A stretch of DNA of 64,000 nt from Caecitellus pseudoparvulus (lineage: Eukaryota > Protista > Bigyra: Bicosoecida). The first letter of the stretch is position 1. Each line of letters begins with the position of its first letter. The notes under the pieces are model-generated. The model saw only the letters and a program-made list of their open reading frames with translations. It was not told where the DNA came from and did not search any database. The translations under genes and the position numbers were made by a program. The stretch is from contig CBFFRQ010000179.1 of assembly GCA_965644315.1 (NCBI GenBank), positions 1 to 64,000 on the forward strand. Direction: 5' to 3'. Shown here piece by piece: positions 48,701 to 59,200 of this stretch.

Positions 48701-49788
48701 AGCAGCCTGTCCCCTTCCGCACCGGCCCAGTCGGAGGCTGGTCGCACTTCCAGCGACACTGCGCCCTCCACAGCACCCATGCCGCCTTTCTGCGCCAACC
48801 CCCGCAGCACTTCCCCCACCAGGGGGTGGGGCTGCGCAGGCTCTGGGCCAGGGCATGCCCAAATACCCACTGCCGCCTCCCTTGCCTGCGCACTGGTGCC
48901 CGCGGTTGCCCAGGCCAGCCACGCCAGAATGTGTGGCGATGCACCGTCCACATCCAGGCAGTTCGCACTCACTCCGCCCTGCACCAGTGCCTCTACAGCT
49001 GGGTGGCACAGCAGTGCAGTGGCGACGTGCAGCGGGCTGAGCGCATGTTTGTGCTTGCCTGGGAGAGTGTGTGGCAGGGCGGCCATGACTGCTGTGGCGG
49101 TTGCCGCATCCCGCTGTGCCCCGCTCGGCATGTGCGACCAGGTGACGCTTGCCTGGTCCCCACCTCCCCCATCGCTGCCCCCACACAGCTCCACCAGCAC
49201 ACCAGGCTGCACTGGTCCCGTGCCCCACACAGCACAGGATGCAGCTGCGAAGTGGGCGGGGCCGCACCCAGCCGCCGAGTGGCGCAGCGGCGCTGGCGAT
49301 ACCTCAAGCAAGGTGCTGGTGATGCTGGGGTAGGGTGGCAGGGGAATGGCAGCCATGGCGGACAGCATGCACGCCTTGCCGGGCAGGCGCCTGGCGAGCA
49401 GGGGCGCGAGGGGCCCTCCCGGCCCCTCGCGTGACCCCCCTTGCCCTGCGCCTGGTGCGCTCAGGCTGCCGAGGTGGGCCAGAACCCCCTGCAAGTCTCC
49501 TGCTGCGGCGGCCAAGAGGAGCGGAATGCCCCCGCTGGAGTGGTCCACTTCACGTACTTGCTGCGGGCTTTGTGCTCCTGCAATTCCTGCCGCGGCTGCT
49601 GGGGGACTCGTGTCTTCTTCAGAGCTGGAGCCAGTCAGTGTTTCGGCTGCCTGTATGGAGGGCTGGCGATGCCCGGGGGCAGGGGTGGCCTTTCGCGCAG
49701 GCAGGGACTTGAGGAAGGACAAGCTAGCATGCTTTCTTGCCGCCTTCTTGCCCTGCCCAGAGCGCCTAGCACGCAGGCGGCTGTGCAT
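45745..49788 (-). CDS. Large ankyrin-repeat protein
   Basis: 1347-aa ORF; GDTPLHLAARMGNTETLLCLLQHG...RNLEGHTVLQVA, SPLHVA...ALVQGG..AN..D.DG.SP. Confidence 0.8.
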   Translation of the reverse strand: MHSRLRARRSGQGKKAARKHASLSFLKSLPARKATPAPGHRQPSIQAAETLTGSSSEEDTSPPAAAAGIAGAQSPQQVREVDHSSGGIPLLLAAAAGDLQGVLAHLGSLSAPGAGQGGSREGPGGPLAPLLARRLPGKACMLSAMAAIPLPPYPSITSTLLEVSPAPLRHSAAGCGPAHFAAASCAVWGTGPVQPGVLVELCGGSDGGGGDQASVTWSHMPSGAQRDAATATAVMAALPHTLPGKHKHALSPLHVATALLCHPAVEALVQGGVSANCLDVDGASPHILAWLAWATAGTSAQAREAAVGIWACPGPEPAQPHPLVGEVLRGLAQKGGMGAVEGAVSLEVRPASDWAGAEGDRLLHGRNLLKLCVCESTCVSLLHLVAAFGSAEHMQALLGSLQCGPHQRQQMRAACATLLANTSFGAQDTIASVFARQAASELVAGFPGVAALLLPGPVPCGDTPLHLAARMGNTETLLCLLQHGLHPMLRNLEGHTVLQVAVQADVEACPALDQLAAQCLQHTSVGRVWQHLTTLPSALWGTSTSLPEAVRARFPPGHASPAPTRLPPASSSSGTRESVIGALLQAAPELMDSSRRHMSLERGDERAIVHACVLRARFRCLLQLGRAGMSLASLSEALPKRAPPSLSATAEHSACDITAPVADACSAACAAGLQEAVVEQLRQRLQIQTPTLEERIWHAAQTGPVPDALVRQSLVNASLSAQILSAAIALSDTLSVHGQRGWLNLLLCGGRPAQATFALVPEDDFSALLVPPGWRQMLDPLEAPSGAPPTWECALVPHTPAAGLPCPYLQAAVRMSQSCAETASGIPLRVPSVEGGLVCLHLASTGSLPSTAELAVTLAACLGPTVWPAAQQAHTLAGPSTATSCACILPFLDALCLASLWAWEDGVTAVTQALLSCVSNTAHDGEGAPPCAPDAYCALLPGMRTCGWQRALWDAGDDVVSLVLHLVQGIAAELGAEALRERCASLLRTAEGTALVAVVEEQAVMPETEQVRLHAPVSTLLPSCIVRDAAAALINKQSQEEQDCVFRCCIATGAMVFLPSGFRHTLPNISCLLNVDVSGLGGRRATQQIISAAQQMAVDSLLESVPTPASSSASGSGGFLLERIQSWFGAATDVPSHEDSCAPGASSADSAQGILHVWRQHAVLPVTSPWLDALARPYRARESQESLPAAAPPLSPLLALIRHPRLSHCLQALCSGCEGGLTPLALHGAALLYHALCVAGSDADSAPDSDDWRGVCVAPDDLLACLALLRVLNSRIVPRGVYPLLVALLEACRDAAAQVAPVVSPLCIDSIRHCLPEQLSHQLAPDTVLWWILEPQGSGAAEPGPSP

Positions 49789-50040
49789 GTCCTCCGCGTT
49801 TCGGCGGCGTTACGCGCTGCCAGCCCACTTTGCGCGCTTGCGGAGCGGCCTGCACCCCCATCAAATTCTGATCCGAGGTAAGCCTGCGATCGAGCCGATC
49901 AGACATGCATGTTGTTTTGGTGGATTGTGTCATCCCTGCCACTTCTCCAGTCTGCAGGCCGTGAGGAGTGGACCAGGTTGCTCGATGCTGAGCTGGGCAC
50001 GTGAACGATTTGCCCCACTCCAGGCGTTGCAAGGTCAAGC

Positions 50041-51558
50041 ATGAGCAGCACGGGTGGGAGCATGCGGAGAGCACGGCTTCCGCCTGTGGAGGACGCCGAG
50101 GCTGGCCAGACGCCCTCTGCAACCAGTGGTGGGCCATCCCCTGCGCCAGGCGTTGGAGGCGAAACGCCAGCCGATGCAGCATCTGGCGCCGAGGCTCCAA
50201 CACAGGCGCAGCCGACGCCACAGGCCAAGCCTGGAGCACGGCGTGCTCCCTCTCAAGGGGACACCCCAGCAGCGTCTGAGCCGAGTGAGTCTGGTGGCGG
50301 CGAGGCGGACACTCCTGCCGAGGGGGGCGCTGAAACGGCAGCGCAGGCTGAAGGCGGCGAGGGCGCCACACGAGAGAAGACGCCTGGCCCCGAGCAGGTG
50401 CACGAGCCCGTGTGGGATACTCTGCCTGCGACACCCCTGGACACTGCCTTTGGCACTGGGTACCCCACCGCCCCGCTGGCTGAGGTGCTCAAGGCGCACA
50501 ACGCAGTGGGCTTGACTGAGTTTACCGAGGGCGGCACGCCGGTGTGGAACTCGCGAGCCCGGGGCACACTTGCAGCGCTGTGCGGCCGGGGCATGGTGCC
50601 GGGCTCCGCCGTCCTGGCCTGGCTCATCACTGGCCTGCTGGGGTTCGTGGCGCTGGGCACAGCCACTGGCCTCACAGTGGTGTGCCTGCTGGAGGGCATG
50701 TGCGGCGCCAGCGCCATACCCAGCGCCTCGCCCTTCGCCGACAACCTGTACGTGATATTCTCCATGTGGGTGCTGTGCGTTGTAGCGCCGGCGGCGGCAG
50801 TGTCGCTTGCCCTGCAGCGGCAGGGGCCGTTGCTCACGGCGCTCCTGCTCACCGCATCTGCCGCCGTGGCGTGCATCGTCTCTGGCATCATCGCCCTGGC
50901 AGACTCTGAGCCGGGCAACGTCGGCAGTGTGGCGGACGGCATTTGGCCACAGCTCACACCCGTCGAGCGGTCTTTTTTTGACGATCGCCAGGCCACGTTT
51001 GAGGCTCAGCTGCGCCGAGGCAGCATCGTGTACGGCACGCTGGGGTTTGTGATTGGCGTGTTGCTGGGGTTGGTGGCGCTGGCGCAGCTGTACCTGTTGT
51101 GGGCGTGGGGCGGCTGGTTGGAAGACCGCTGCACCTGGTGCTGCCCTGCAGCTGGCGTTCGCCTCGTCGACGGCGACACCGACGCTTCGGCTGGTTTTGG
51201 CGTGTCGAGCCAGCCAGATGGGACGCAGCCACAGCACCTGCCACGACCCACCTCCTCCGGCACTGGGGAGTCCAAGGCCCCTGACGATGACTCCGTCCCA
51301 GCCCTGCCCCAGCGCAAGTCCGCAGCCCCAGCGGCTTCACGAGAGCCGACGCCAGAGGCTGGCGATGCAGAGCAGCCTCACGCCGCAGGTGTCGGTGGGG
51401 ACGATGCTGGCGCTGCGGCTGGCTCAGATGCCGCTCTCCTGTCGCCCCAGCGTGGGCTGGCTGGTTCGCGCGAGGGTTCGCGGTCAGACCTCCTGCGGTC
51501 ACCGGAAGCTGGCGCATCTACGCAGCCACGCCCCCGACGGGCCCTGGCTGCCCAGTGA
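50041..51558 (+). CDS. Four-TM membrane protein with disordered acidic termini
   Basis: 505-aa ORF; four hydrophobic helices; juxtamembrane CxWCC. Confidence 0.7.
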   Translation: MSSTGGSMRRARLPPVEDAEAGQTPSATSGGPSPAPGVGGETPADAASGAEAPTQAQPTPQAKPGARRAPSQGDTPAASEPSESGGGEADTPAEGGAETAAQAEGGEGATREKTPGPEQVHEPVWDTLPATPLDTAFGTGYPTAPLAEVLKAHNAVGLTEFTEGGTPVWNSRARGTLAALCGRGMVPGSAVLAWLITGLLGFVALGTATGLTVVCLLEGMCGASAIPSASPFADNLYVIFSMWVLCVVAPAAAVSLALQRQGPLLTALLLTASAAVACIVSGIIALADSEPGNVGSVADGIWPQLTPVERSFFDDRQATFEAQLRRGSIVYGTLGFVIGVLLGLVALAQLYLLWAWGGWLEDRCTWCCPAAGVRLVDGDTDASAGFGVSSQPDGTQPQHLPRPTSSGTGESKAPDDDSVPALPQRKSAAPAASREPTPEAGDAEQPHAAGVGGDDAGAAAGSDAALLSPQRGLAGSREGSRSDLLRSPEAGASTQPRPRRALAAQ

Positions 51559-51831
51559 GGGACTGACGTGTGCTGTTTGATTGAACTGCAAGCGTGCTTG
51601 TTGGCCTTTCCGCTGTGAGGCGCAGTGCTGTCTGATGCAGGGTGGAGTGAAGCAGCAACGCCGCCCGTGGTTCTGAGCTGTGGGCTTGTCCTGCTGCAGA
51701 TATTGCCCACGCAAGCTAGCCCCCAGGCTGCACACAGTAAACAACACTGCTGCACGGGACGCCAATGCACAGTGCATTGCTCTTACCCACCTCAGACTCA
51801 AAGCCCCTTACACCAGCCTCTGCCCCCCCCA

Positions 51832-53088
51832 TCACTTCTTCCCGCCACGCCCACCCTTGCGCTTGCCAGCGCTGCGGCGCGCAGAGGCCGCTACCGCCTG
51901 GCCCACAGCCTTCGCGGAGCCAGTGGCTGTCTTGGCTTTCTTGGCCTGCTTCGCCGCGGCCATGTCTGCGCCTGGCGTGGCGCCCATGTGAGATCGGCCC
52001 CCCTCTGCCCGTGAGCGCTTGGAGCCCTTGGCCTTGAGGCGGCCATAGGCGCCGGAGGGGCGCTTGGCAGCCTTGGCGGCGCGGGCCTTGGCCTGTTCGG
52101 CTGCGTCCTTGCACTTGGAGGCCTTGATGGTCTGGCCCCCCACCTCCTTGCCGTTCAGGGCCTTGGCCACGGCAGACACCGCCCCCGCGTGCTGCAGACC
52201 GACGTACGCGACGCCTTTGGACTTGCGCGTCACGCGGTCACGCAGCAGACGCACGTACCGCACACCCTGTGCGCCGCCCTTCACCACAGGCAGCAGCAGC
52301 TGCCACACACCCTCCTCGTCCAGACTCCACGGCAGGTGCCCCAGGAACAGAGTCTTCTTCGGGTCTTTGTCCATGCCGCTGGCCTGGCCTGATGTGCCTT
52401 CCCCAGCCGCTGCTGGGCCCTTGTTGGACACGGCATCCACCCGCACGTGGCGCCCACACAGCACCTTGCCTGACAGGCCCACGGCGTACGGGACAAAGGC
52501 GGCTGAGCGCAGCACGACGTATGCGTTGGCAGCAGGGGCGGGGGCGGCAGGTTCACCCTCGTGCTGCGGCTTCTGCATGGGGTGCGCGGGCGCCTCTCCG
52601 CTGGCGGCAGGGCCTTTGCTGGCGTCGCCGTATGAGCCAGTGGTGTAGGCTGCCTTGAGCATGGCCTTGTACGAGGAGCCCGGCGCCACGGCGAGTTTGG
52701 AGATGGCGAAGCTGCGCAGGCGAGCAGACTCCACGATCCCGCCGCCTCGATCTGTCAGCTTCTTCTTCTGCCGCTGGCGATCCCCTGATGTGCCCTGTGC
52801 GCTGTCTGGCTGCGCTTCTGGCTCTGGCGCCGGCAACTCGATTTCCGCACCCGCCGCTTTCATGGCAGCTTTGACTCCGTCCCTGATGAAGGAGATGATG
52901 GCATTGCGGGGCGTGTCGGCAGCGACATTGCCGATGAATATCGTCCGCGCCTCCTTCTCGGCCATCTCCTCCTTGCTGAGCTTGGGTTGCTTGGGCGCCT
53001 CTGTTCCACTCGCCGCCTCTGGCTTGGGAGCGTCAGGGAACACGTCCAGCGGCTTGCTGGCCTTGAAGGCCTCTGCCAGGGCCGCCAT
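51832..53088 (-). CDS. RBM34: RBM34/NOP12 nucleolar RNA-binding protein (two RRMs)
   Basis: EKEARTIFIGNV, ESARLRS, NAYVV, RHVRVD, D.KKTLFLG.LPW, RLLRD..T.K.KG.AYV; Lys-rich tail. Confidence 0.88.
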   Translation of the reverse strand: MAALAEAFKASKPLDVFPDAPKPEAASGTEAPKQPKLSKEEMAEKEARTIFIGNVAADTPRNAIISFIRDGVKAAMKAAGAEIELPAPEPEAQPDSAQGTSGDRQRQKKKLTDRGGGIVESARLRSFAISKLAVAPGSSYKAMLKAAYTTGSYGDASKGPAASGEAPAHPMQKPQHEGEPAAPAPAANAYVVLRSAAFVPYAVGLSGKVLCGRHVRVDAVSNKGPAAAGEGTSGQASGMDKDPKKTLFLGHLPWSLDEEGVWQLLLPVVKGGAQGVRYVRLLRDRVTRKSKGVAYVGLQHAGAVSAVAKALNGKEVGGQTIKASKCKDAAEQAKARAAKAAKRPSGAYGRLKAKGSKRSRAEGGRSHMGATPGADMAAAKQAKKAKTATGSAKAVGQAVAASARRSAGKRKGGRGGKK

Positions 53089-53434
53089 GCTGCTGAAGGG
53101 GCTGGTGGCGCGATGGTACGGGTGCCATTCGCCAGGGCTGGTGCGTGGTGGGAGGCGTGGTGCTGAGTGAAGTTGGCAGGCCTTGCCGAAAGCGAAGGCT
53201 GGCGATGACCCCTCACACCACGCCTTGCCCCCCCCCTCCCGCAAGCATGACTTCTGTGCGAAGCCCCCCTCCATACCGCGCAAGCATGCCAATTACAAAC
53301 CCCCAGAAACCACCCTTGTTTCCCTGGCCAGTGCCCTGGTGCGCGCAGATTGACAGTGCCAGGCTGCGGATTTTCTGAGTGCTCTGAGGCAGCCAAGTTT
53401 AGCCGGCTCCCCCACGCCACTCACGCCAGCAAAG

Positions 53435-56193
53435 ATGTACGGGACGGAGGCAGACGTGACTGTCTCCAGCGCCTCGCGCATGAAGGGCAAGGACTGCAAG
53501 AAGCTGCGCGCTGCCATCGCGGACCAGCTGTACCTGCATGATCCTGCGGCTTTTGACGAGTTGCTGCCTGTCAAGGTGCGTGCCACGCCGGCGCAGGAAC
53601 TGGGCTGGGCGCCGAGTGCAGGCACACCTGCTGGGCCACCTGCGCCACCCACTTCACCTACACTGCCCCTGGCCCCCTCCCTGTGCAGGGCGGAATCGAA
53701 GCGCTCAAATACGCCAACCGCACGGTTGGGTACGTGACCAAGGACTCTGGCTCAGTGCCACTGTTCCTGGATGCAAACCCCAAGGCCAAGAACGGGGTGA
53801 TGGTGCCCACCCTGGCTGGCGCATGGTCAGGCGCCGAAAACATCCCTGCTTCCGGGCTGGCTCCTGAGGCAGTCCTGGCCAACCTGGCGTCAGCCAAGCC
53901 CGGCACCGGCGCAGGCACGCTCACAGGGTGCATGAAGGAGATCCTGGTGAACGTGTCTGTGGCCAACTTCGTGCTGAAGGGCGCCGACCTCATGGCGCCT
54001 GGCGTCGTGCGTGTGCCTGGCCACACCCTGCAGCAGCTGCGGGGTGAGGGTGAGCCAGCAGCAGCCGCTGCCGAGGCCGGGGCGGGGGGGGGTGATGCGG
54101 AGGAGGGGGGTGGAGTGCACCCTCTGCTGCGCCATGTGGACACGACACTGGGCATGCCGGCTGCCGAGGCGGAGGAGCTGGTGCTGGTGCGGACAGTGGG
54201 GAACCCCCTGCCTTGGGCGCTGGGACGCTTGCTCATGAGCACGGCCGACGCGAACTTGAACGGCATGAGGGGTCGTCTACTGGCACCTGTGCATGTGTAC
54301 CGTGACCCGCTGTGGAAGGCGTGTGGGTGCATCATCCCCAACGACGGCTTCACGCAAAACCAGGTGTCCCCAGTGCACGCCGTGGACACAGTGGGGCGTC
54401 TGGCTCGCGAGGCTGTGCTGGCGCTCAGCGCGGCGCATAAGGCTGCGTCCAGTGGAGGGGAGGGGCGTGCCCCGGCACCCCCCTCTGAAGGCGCACCTCC
54501 CGCCCCCCCTGCAGAGGAGGAGGACGAGGGGCCCCTGGCGGCACTGCCTGGCCTCATTGCCGCGACACAGGAAGCTGTGCAGCAGGTGAAGCTGGCAGCA
54601 CGGGTGGTGGGTGTGCCTGAGTGGGAGGTGTGGTGTGTGGCAGGCATTCGCGAGGGGGCAGTGGCGCCCCTGGTGCAGGCCGCCACTGCCCTGGTGGGGG
54701 GTGAGGCTGCCGTGGCGGCCGCCGCGGGCGAGGAGGGGGCGGACGACGATCTGGATGTGTTGGCGGAGGGTGGCATGGGGGGGTCTGGCGTGGCGGCTGG
54801 CGCGGAGGGTGGCACGACGCTGGCCGCTGCCGGGCGCACCGTGACTGCCACAGGCGAGGCAGCGCCCTGGTTCATGACGCAGTCTGACGACGAGCTGGCA
54901 TGGAACTGCCTGCTGCAGGCACTGAAGAGCAGCGTGAAGCCCAGCAAGCTGCCCATGCTGGCCAGCACACTGTGGAGCGCGCACATCCTGCCCGCTCGCC
55001 CAGTGGGCACCGTCATGAACATCAAGGGCAGCAAGTTCAAGAAGGTGTCCACGCTGCTGATGCAGGGCGAGATGCAGGGCATTCTGACGCTGGAGCCCGC
55101 CTCGGACATTGACGAGGCGCTGCTGGAGGAGCTGGGGCTGCAGGACGCAGATGATCTGGAGGGCATCCTGGTGGTGACGGACGTGGACCGCACGGCGGCA
55201 GACCTGAAGGCATTCAAGCCGTGGCCTGCTGCCAAGACGGTGCGAGGCGAGGCTGCCGCAGCGGAGGCGGCGGAGGAGGAGGCAGCCGCTGCGGCGGCGG
55301 CGGCATCAGGGGGTGCCTTTGCGCGGGGCATTCCCGCCATCATCGAGCTGTTCAAGCCCCTGGCGGACTTCCTGCCTGTCGTGGAGGGCGCCAAGGATGC
55401 CGAGGAGTTCTGGGCTGCTGCCGGCAAGGCCCCTGCCGACCTGAAGGTGCCGCCCATGCCGCAGGGCGTGGATGTCATGGCGCTGTCCAAGGGCAAGGTG
55501 CGCGCACACGGTGCAGAGGTGCCGGCCAAGGACCTGGCCTTCCCTGGCCAAGAGGTGATCGCCATGCTGGGGCGGTACGTGCGTTCCCGCAGTTTGTACC
55601 ACCCAACAGACCCGTCGGCGGTGGTTCTGGATGCGACGCTGGGGCAGGGGCTGTTCAAGGGCATCAACAAGCGCCTACTGACGGACCTGGACATCCCCCC
55701 CTTTGCGTCGGGGCACCCTGACAGCATCTCCAAGGCACAGCTGGGCAAGCTGGCCATGCTGCGCTGCTCGCCGTGGCACCTGCTGTGCTACAGCAATGGC
55801 GATCAGGTGGCGTCCCGAGGACACCCGCCCACCATCACCGTCATCCGGGCCAGCGTGCCCAACCGCAAGACCAAGGCTGCCACGCTGATCCGGGGCCTGG
55901 AGTACTTTGGCGTGGACCCGGGCGCCGTGGCGTCGGGGGCCTCTTCCAAGTTCGCTTGCTCAGCGACCGTGCAGCCCATCCCCGTGAAGGAGGGCGAGAA
56001 GTCCCCGGGCAAGGAGGTCATGGTGCAGGGCGACGCCTGCGACGGCATGCCGGCCTTCCTGACGGAGGAGTTCAAGGTGCCGCCCAAGTTCATCACAGTG
56101 GACGACTCAGGCGGCCCCAAGCGCGGCGGGAAGAAGGGCGGTGGCGGCGGGAAGAAGGGAGGCGGCAAGGGCGGCGGCAGGCGCAAGCGGTAA
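53435..56193 (+). CDS. EIF2D: eIF2D/ligatin (Pre-PUA, PUA, SWIB, SUI1); intron 53576-53688
   Basis: MKGKD.KKLR, VPTL...W, GADLMAPGV, IKGSKFKKVS.LL, K.ATLIRGLEYFGVDP, KFACSATV, EVMVQGD. Confidence 0.9.
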
Positions 56194-56278
56194 AATGCAA
56201 ACGGTGTGATGATCTGACACCCAAGTGCAGGCGCCTTCAGTGCTCCCGGCGCACACGCACTGCCACCCCGCCGGCAGC

Positions 56279-59200
56279 ATGGCAGGGTATGGCGGCACGC
56301 CCTCCTTCCACGATTGGGCAGAGGGCAAGGCTGCTGCAGAGGCTGATGTGCGCGCAAGGAAAGCCGCAGCGGCTGCTGCCGAGGCAGAGATGAGAAAAGC
56401 CAAGCGTAAAACAGGCAAGGACGCCTTCAAAGTGTGGCTGGCTGACAAGGCGTACCGTGAGAAGGCCACGAGGGTGCGTGCTGTGCAGCGCAGCGCAACG
56501 CAGCCGTAACGCCTGCCTTCCTGCGTCGGCGGCACTCCTTCCCGCCTGCACGCGCCTGCAGCTGCTGTACGCGCTGAATCAGCGACGCCTGCGAGACAGT
56601 GAACAGGTGGCACAAGTGGCAGGTGCGCTTGCGGCCGTGGAGGCGGCACTGTCCTCGGCAACGGCTGGAAAGGCGGGCAGCACCAGCGGTACGTCCCTGA
56701 GAGACACCTTCATCAGCTGGGTCAAGGGCGGATTCTCCCTGCCAGACGTGTTGATCTCCGACGCCACCTACGAGAAGCTGTCTGAGGGCGCCCGGGAGAT
56801 GGTGGACCGAGACGCCGCCAGTGGCAAGTGGTTGCTGGGCGACATTCGCTACACGCTGCCGGAGCCGCCTGACCCCTCCAAGCCGCTGAAGACCATGAGC
56901 GGCGACGACGTACTGAAAAACAAGCTGTTCATGTCCGGTGTGCGGCGCATGTGGCGTGAGGCTGAGAACGCTGCCGCCGGTATCGAAGGGCAGCGGGCGC
57001 TGAAGGCGGCTGGCCTGGGGCAACTTACCGCCTGGGTGGAGGAGGACGAGGCAGCTGCTGCGGAGGCGAAGCGGCAGGCAGCGGCAGACAAGCTGACACA
57101 GGGCAGCCAGGCTCACGAGGCGTGGTTGGCTGCCAAAGATGCCCGGCGTGTGCGCCTGCCGCCGCCCAAGCCTGGCGTGCGGCGAGCATTGGGGGGGGAG
57201 GATGGCACCGGTGTGCTGCGGCATGCAGCCGATTGGGCCGCCGCGTCGGGGTGGCGCTCCCGGTACGTCCACGCCTTGAACGCAGACGAGCTGGAGCGGG
57301 TGCGCGAGGACTTGGTGGCGGCTGGGTACGTGGACAAGTACAATTTCCGGGATGAGGAGGGCAACTTCGACTCTGAGGGGGAGGAGAAATACGAAGAGGC
57401 GGCGGCGGCAGTGGCGGAGGGTGGGCCGGGTAGTGCAGGGCATGTGCGTGGTGCAGGTGCCGCTGAGGATAAATTCTCCGCTTGGACCTCGAACAAGGCC
57501 CGGCGAGATGCCGCCCTGGGCTGTCTGCAGGCCATGCCCCTGGCCACACCGCAGGAGATGGCTGACCTGCGGCGAGAGGCTGCCGAGGCGCAGGCGGCGC
57601 GGGCGGGGGCCACACGAGGCGGCGGCCGCCGCGCCACACCCCGCCTGCGTCCCACGCCTGAGCTGCGCGAGCTGTGGCAGGCTGTGGGCGCTGCTCTGAA
57701 GGCCGTGGACCACACTGCGCTGGAGGAGTGGGCGCAGTGGTCACGGCCGCTGTTCAGCCGCAAACAGTGCGCTGGCGCCTGGGCGGGGTGGCTGCCCAAG
57801 ACCTCCACCTTCACAGACACCAGTGACCTGAAGGCAGCTCGTGAGCGGGGGCGGCGAGGGGGTGACGAGGAGGGTGATGGTGGTGCTGAGGGGGGGGGCT
57901 TCCAACCCCCCTCCACCCCCCCTTCAGCTCGATCTGGTGCCAGCTCTGGCTATGGGCGGTCCTTCAGCGGGGGGGGCAGTGCGAGGGGCGGGGGTGGACC
58001 CACTGTCCCTGCAGCCGCACCAGGCGCCCCAACTGTGGGGCAGTGGTCAGCTGGAGATCGGGAGGCGGGGCTGGAGGTGCTGTTGCAGCTGTCCAAACAC
58101 GACCGAGCAGCAGCACGCACAGCTGCCAAGCTGAGCGCGGGGCAGCCCCCCGCCACCCCCCTCCTCTCACGCACAGCCTCCCTTGAGAGTCTGCCCAGCA
58201 GAGGCCGCTTCAAGCTGCGCGGGCTGCCTGGGCCGCAGGCGCTGGAGGAGGTGCTGGACGCGGGGCGCGCCGCTGCGGCAGGGGGGCAAGGTGGTGGCAG
58301 CACCCCCCAAGCTGCAGCGGCTGCAGCCTCAGGCATTGCTGGGGCGATGGGGAGGCATGCCGCCCTGAGCAAGACTCGGGTGGTGCAGGGGCCAGCCCAG
58401 TTGGCGCTGGCCTGGGGGCAGGGGCGAGGGGGTGGCGCCACCGCCTTCTACATGCTGGAGTCATGTGGCGCAGAGGGGTCACCGACACACAGCTCTGGCA
58501 AGTGGAGTGTGCTGCTGACTGACCCCCCCCCACCCAGTGAGGGAGGGGGGGGGTCTCAAGCCCGCCCAGCCCAGGGCAAGACCATCAAGGGTCTGTACCC
58601 CGGAACAGTGTACCACTTCCGCATCCGGGCGTACAACGAGTTCGGCTGTTCGGGGTACGCCTTTGGCGCGTTCGCTACGGCGCCGCTGCCGCCCCCTGCC
58701 CCAGTGCCACTCGCCCTCACCCACACTGGAGCACGCCTGGGCTGGGACCACGCCGCCACCAGTCGTTGGGCCATGCGTGAGTTGCGGGGGCTGCTCGAGG
58801 ATCTGGCTGGGCGCTCGCCACAGGTGCTGCCCAGTGTGTCACGGCAGCAGCTGTGCCGAGCCCTGGCCCAGCATGGCCCCCTAGCCAACTGGGCAGTGCA
58901 GACCCCGACGGACTTGCGGCTGGTGAAGGTGGCAGCAGCACTGCAGGTGACAGGTGAGCCTGCCTGCAGTGTGTGGGCGGCGCTGGAAGGCGCGTTGGTG
59001 CCGGCAGTGCTGGGCGGCTTGGCTGATTGTGGAGGGGAGGGGGTGGCGCAGGCTGCCGCTGCGTTGCGGGACCAGGTGACTCTGCCGGAGCTGGGCGCTG
59101 TGCTGGGGCATGCGGTGGCGGGGCCGGGCAAGGGCACTGCCCTGCCACGGACGTCACTGAGCAAGTGCCTGGCATGTGCTGCGGCGACGGGCCTCCTGCT

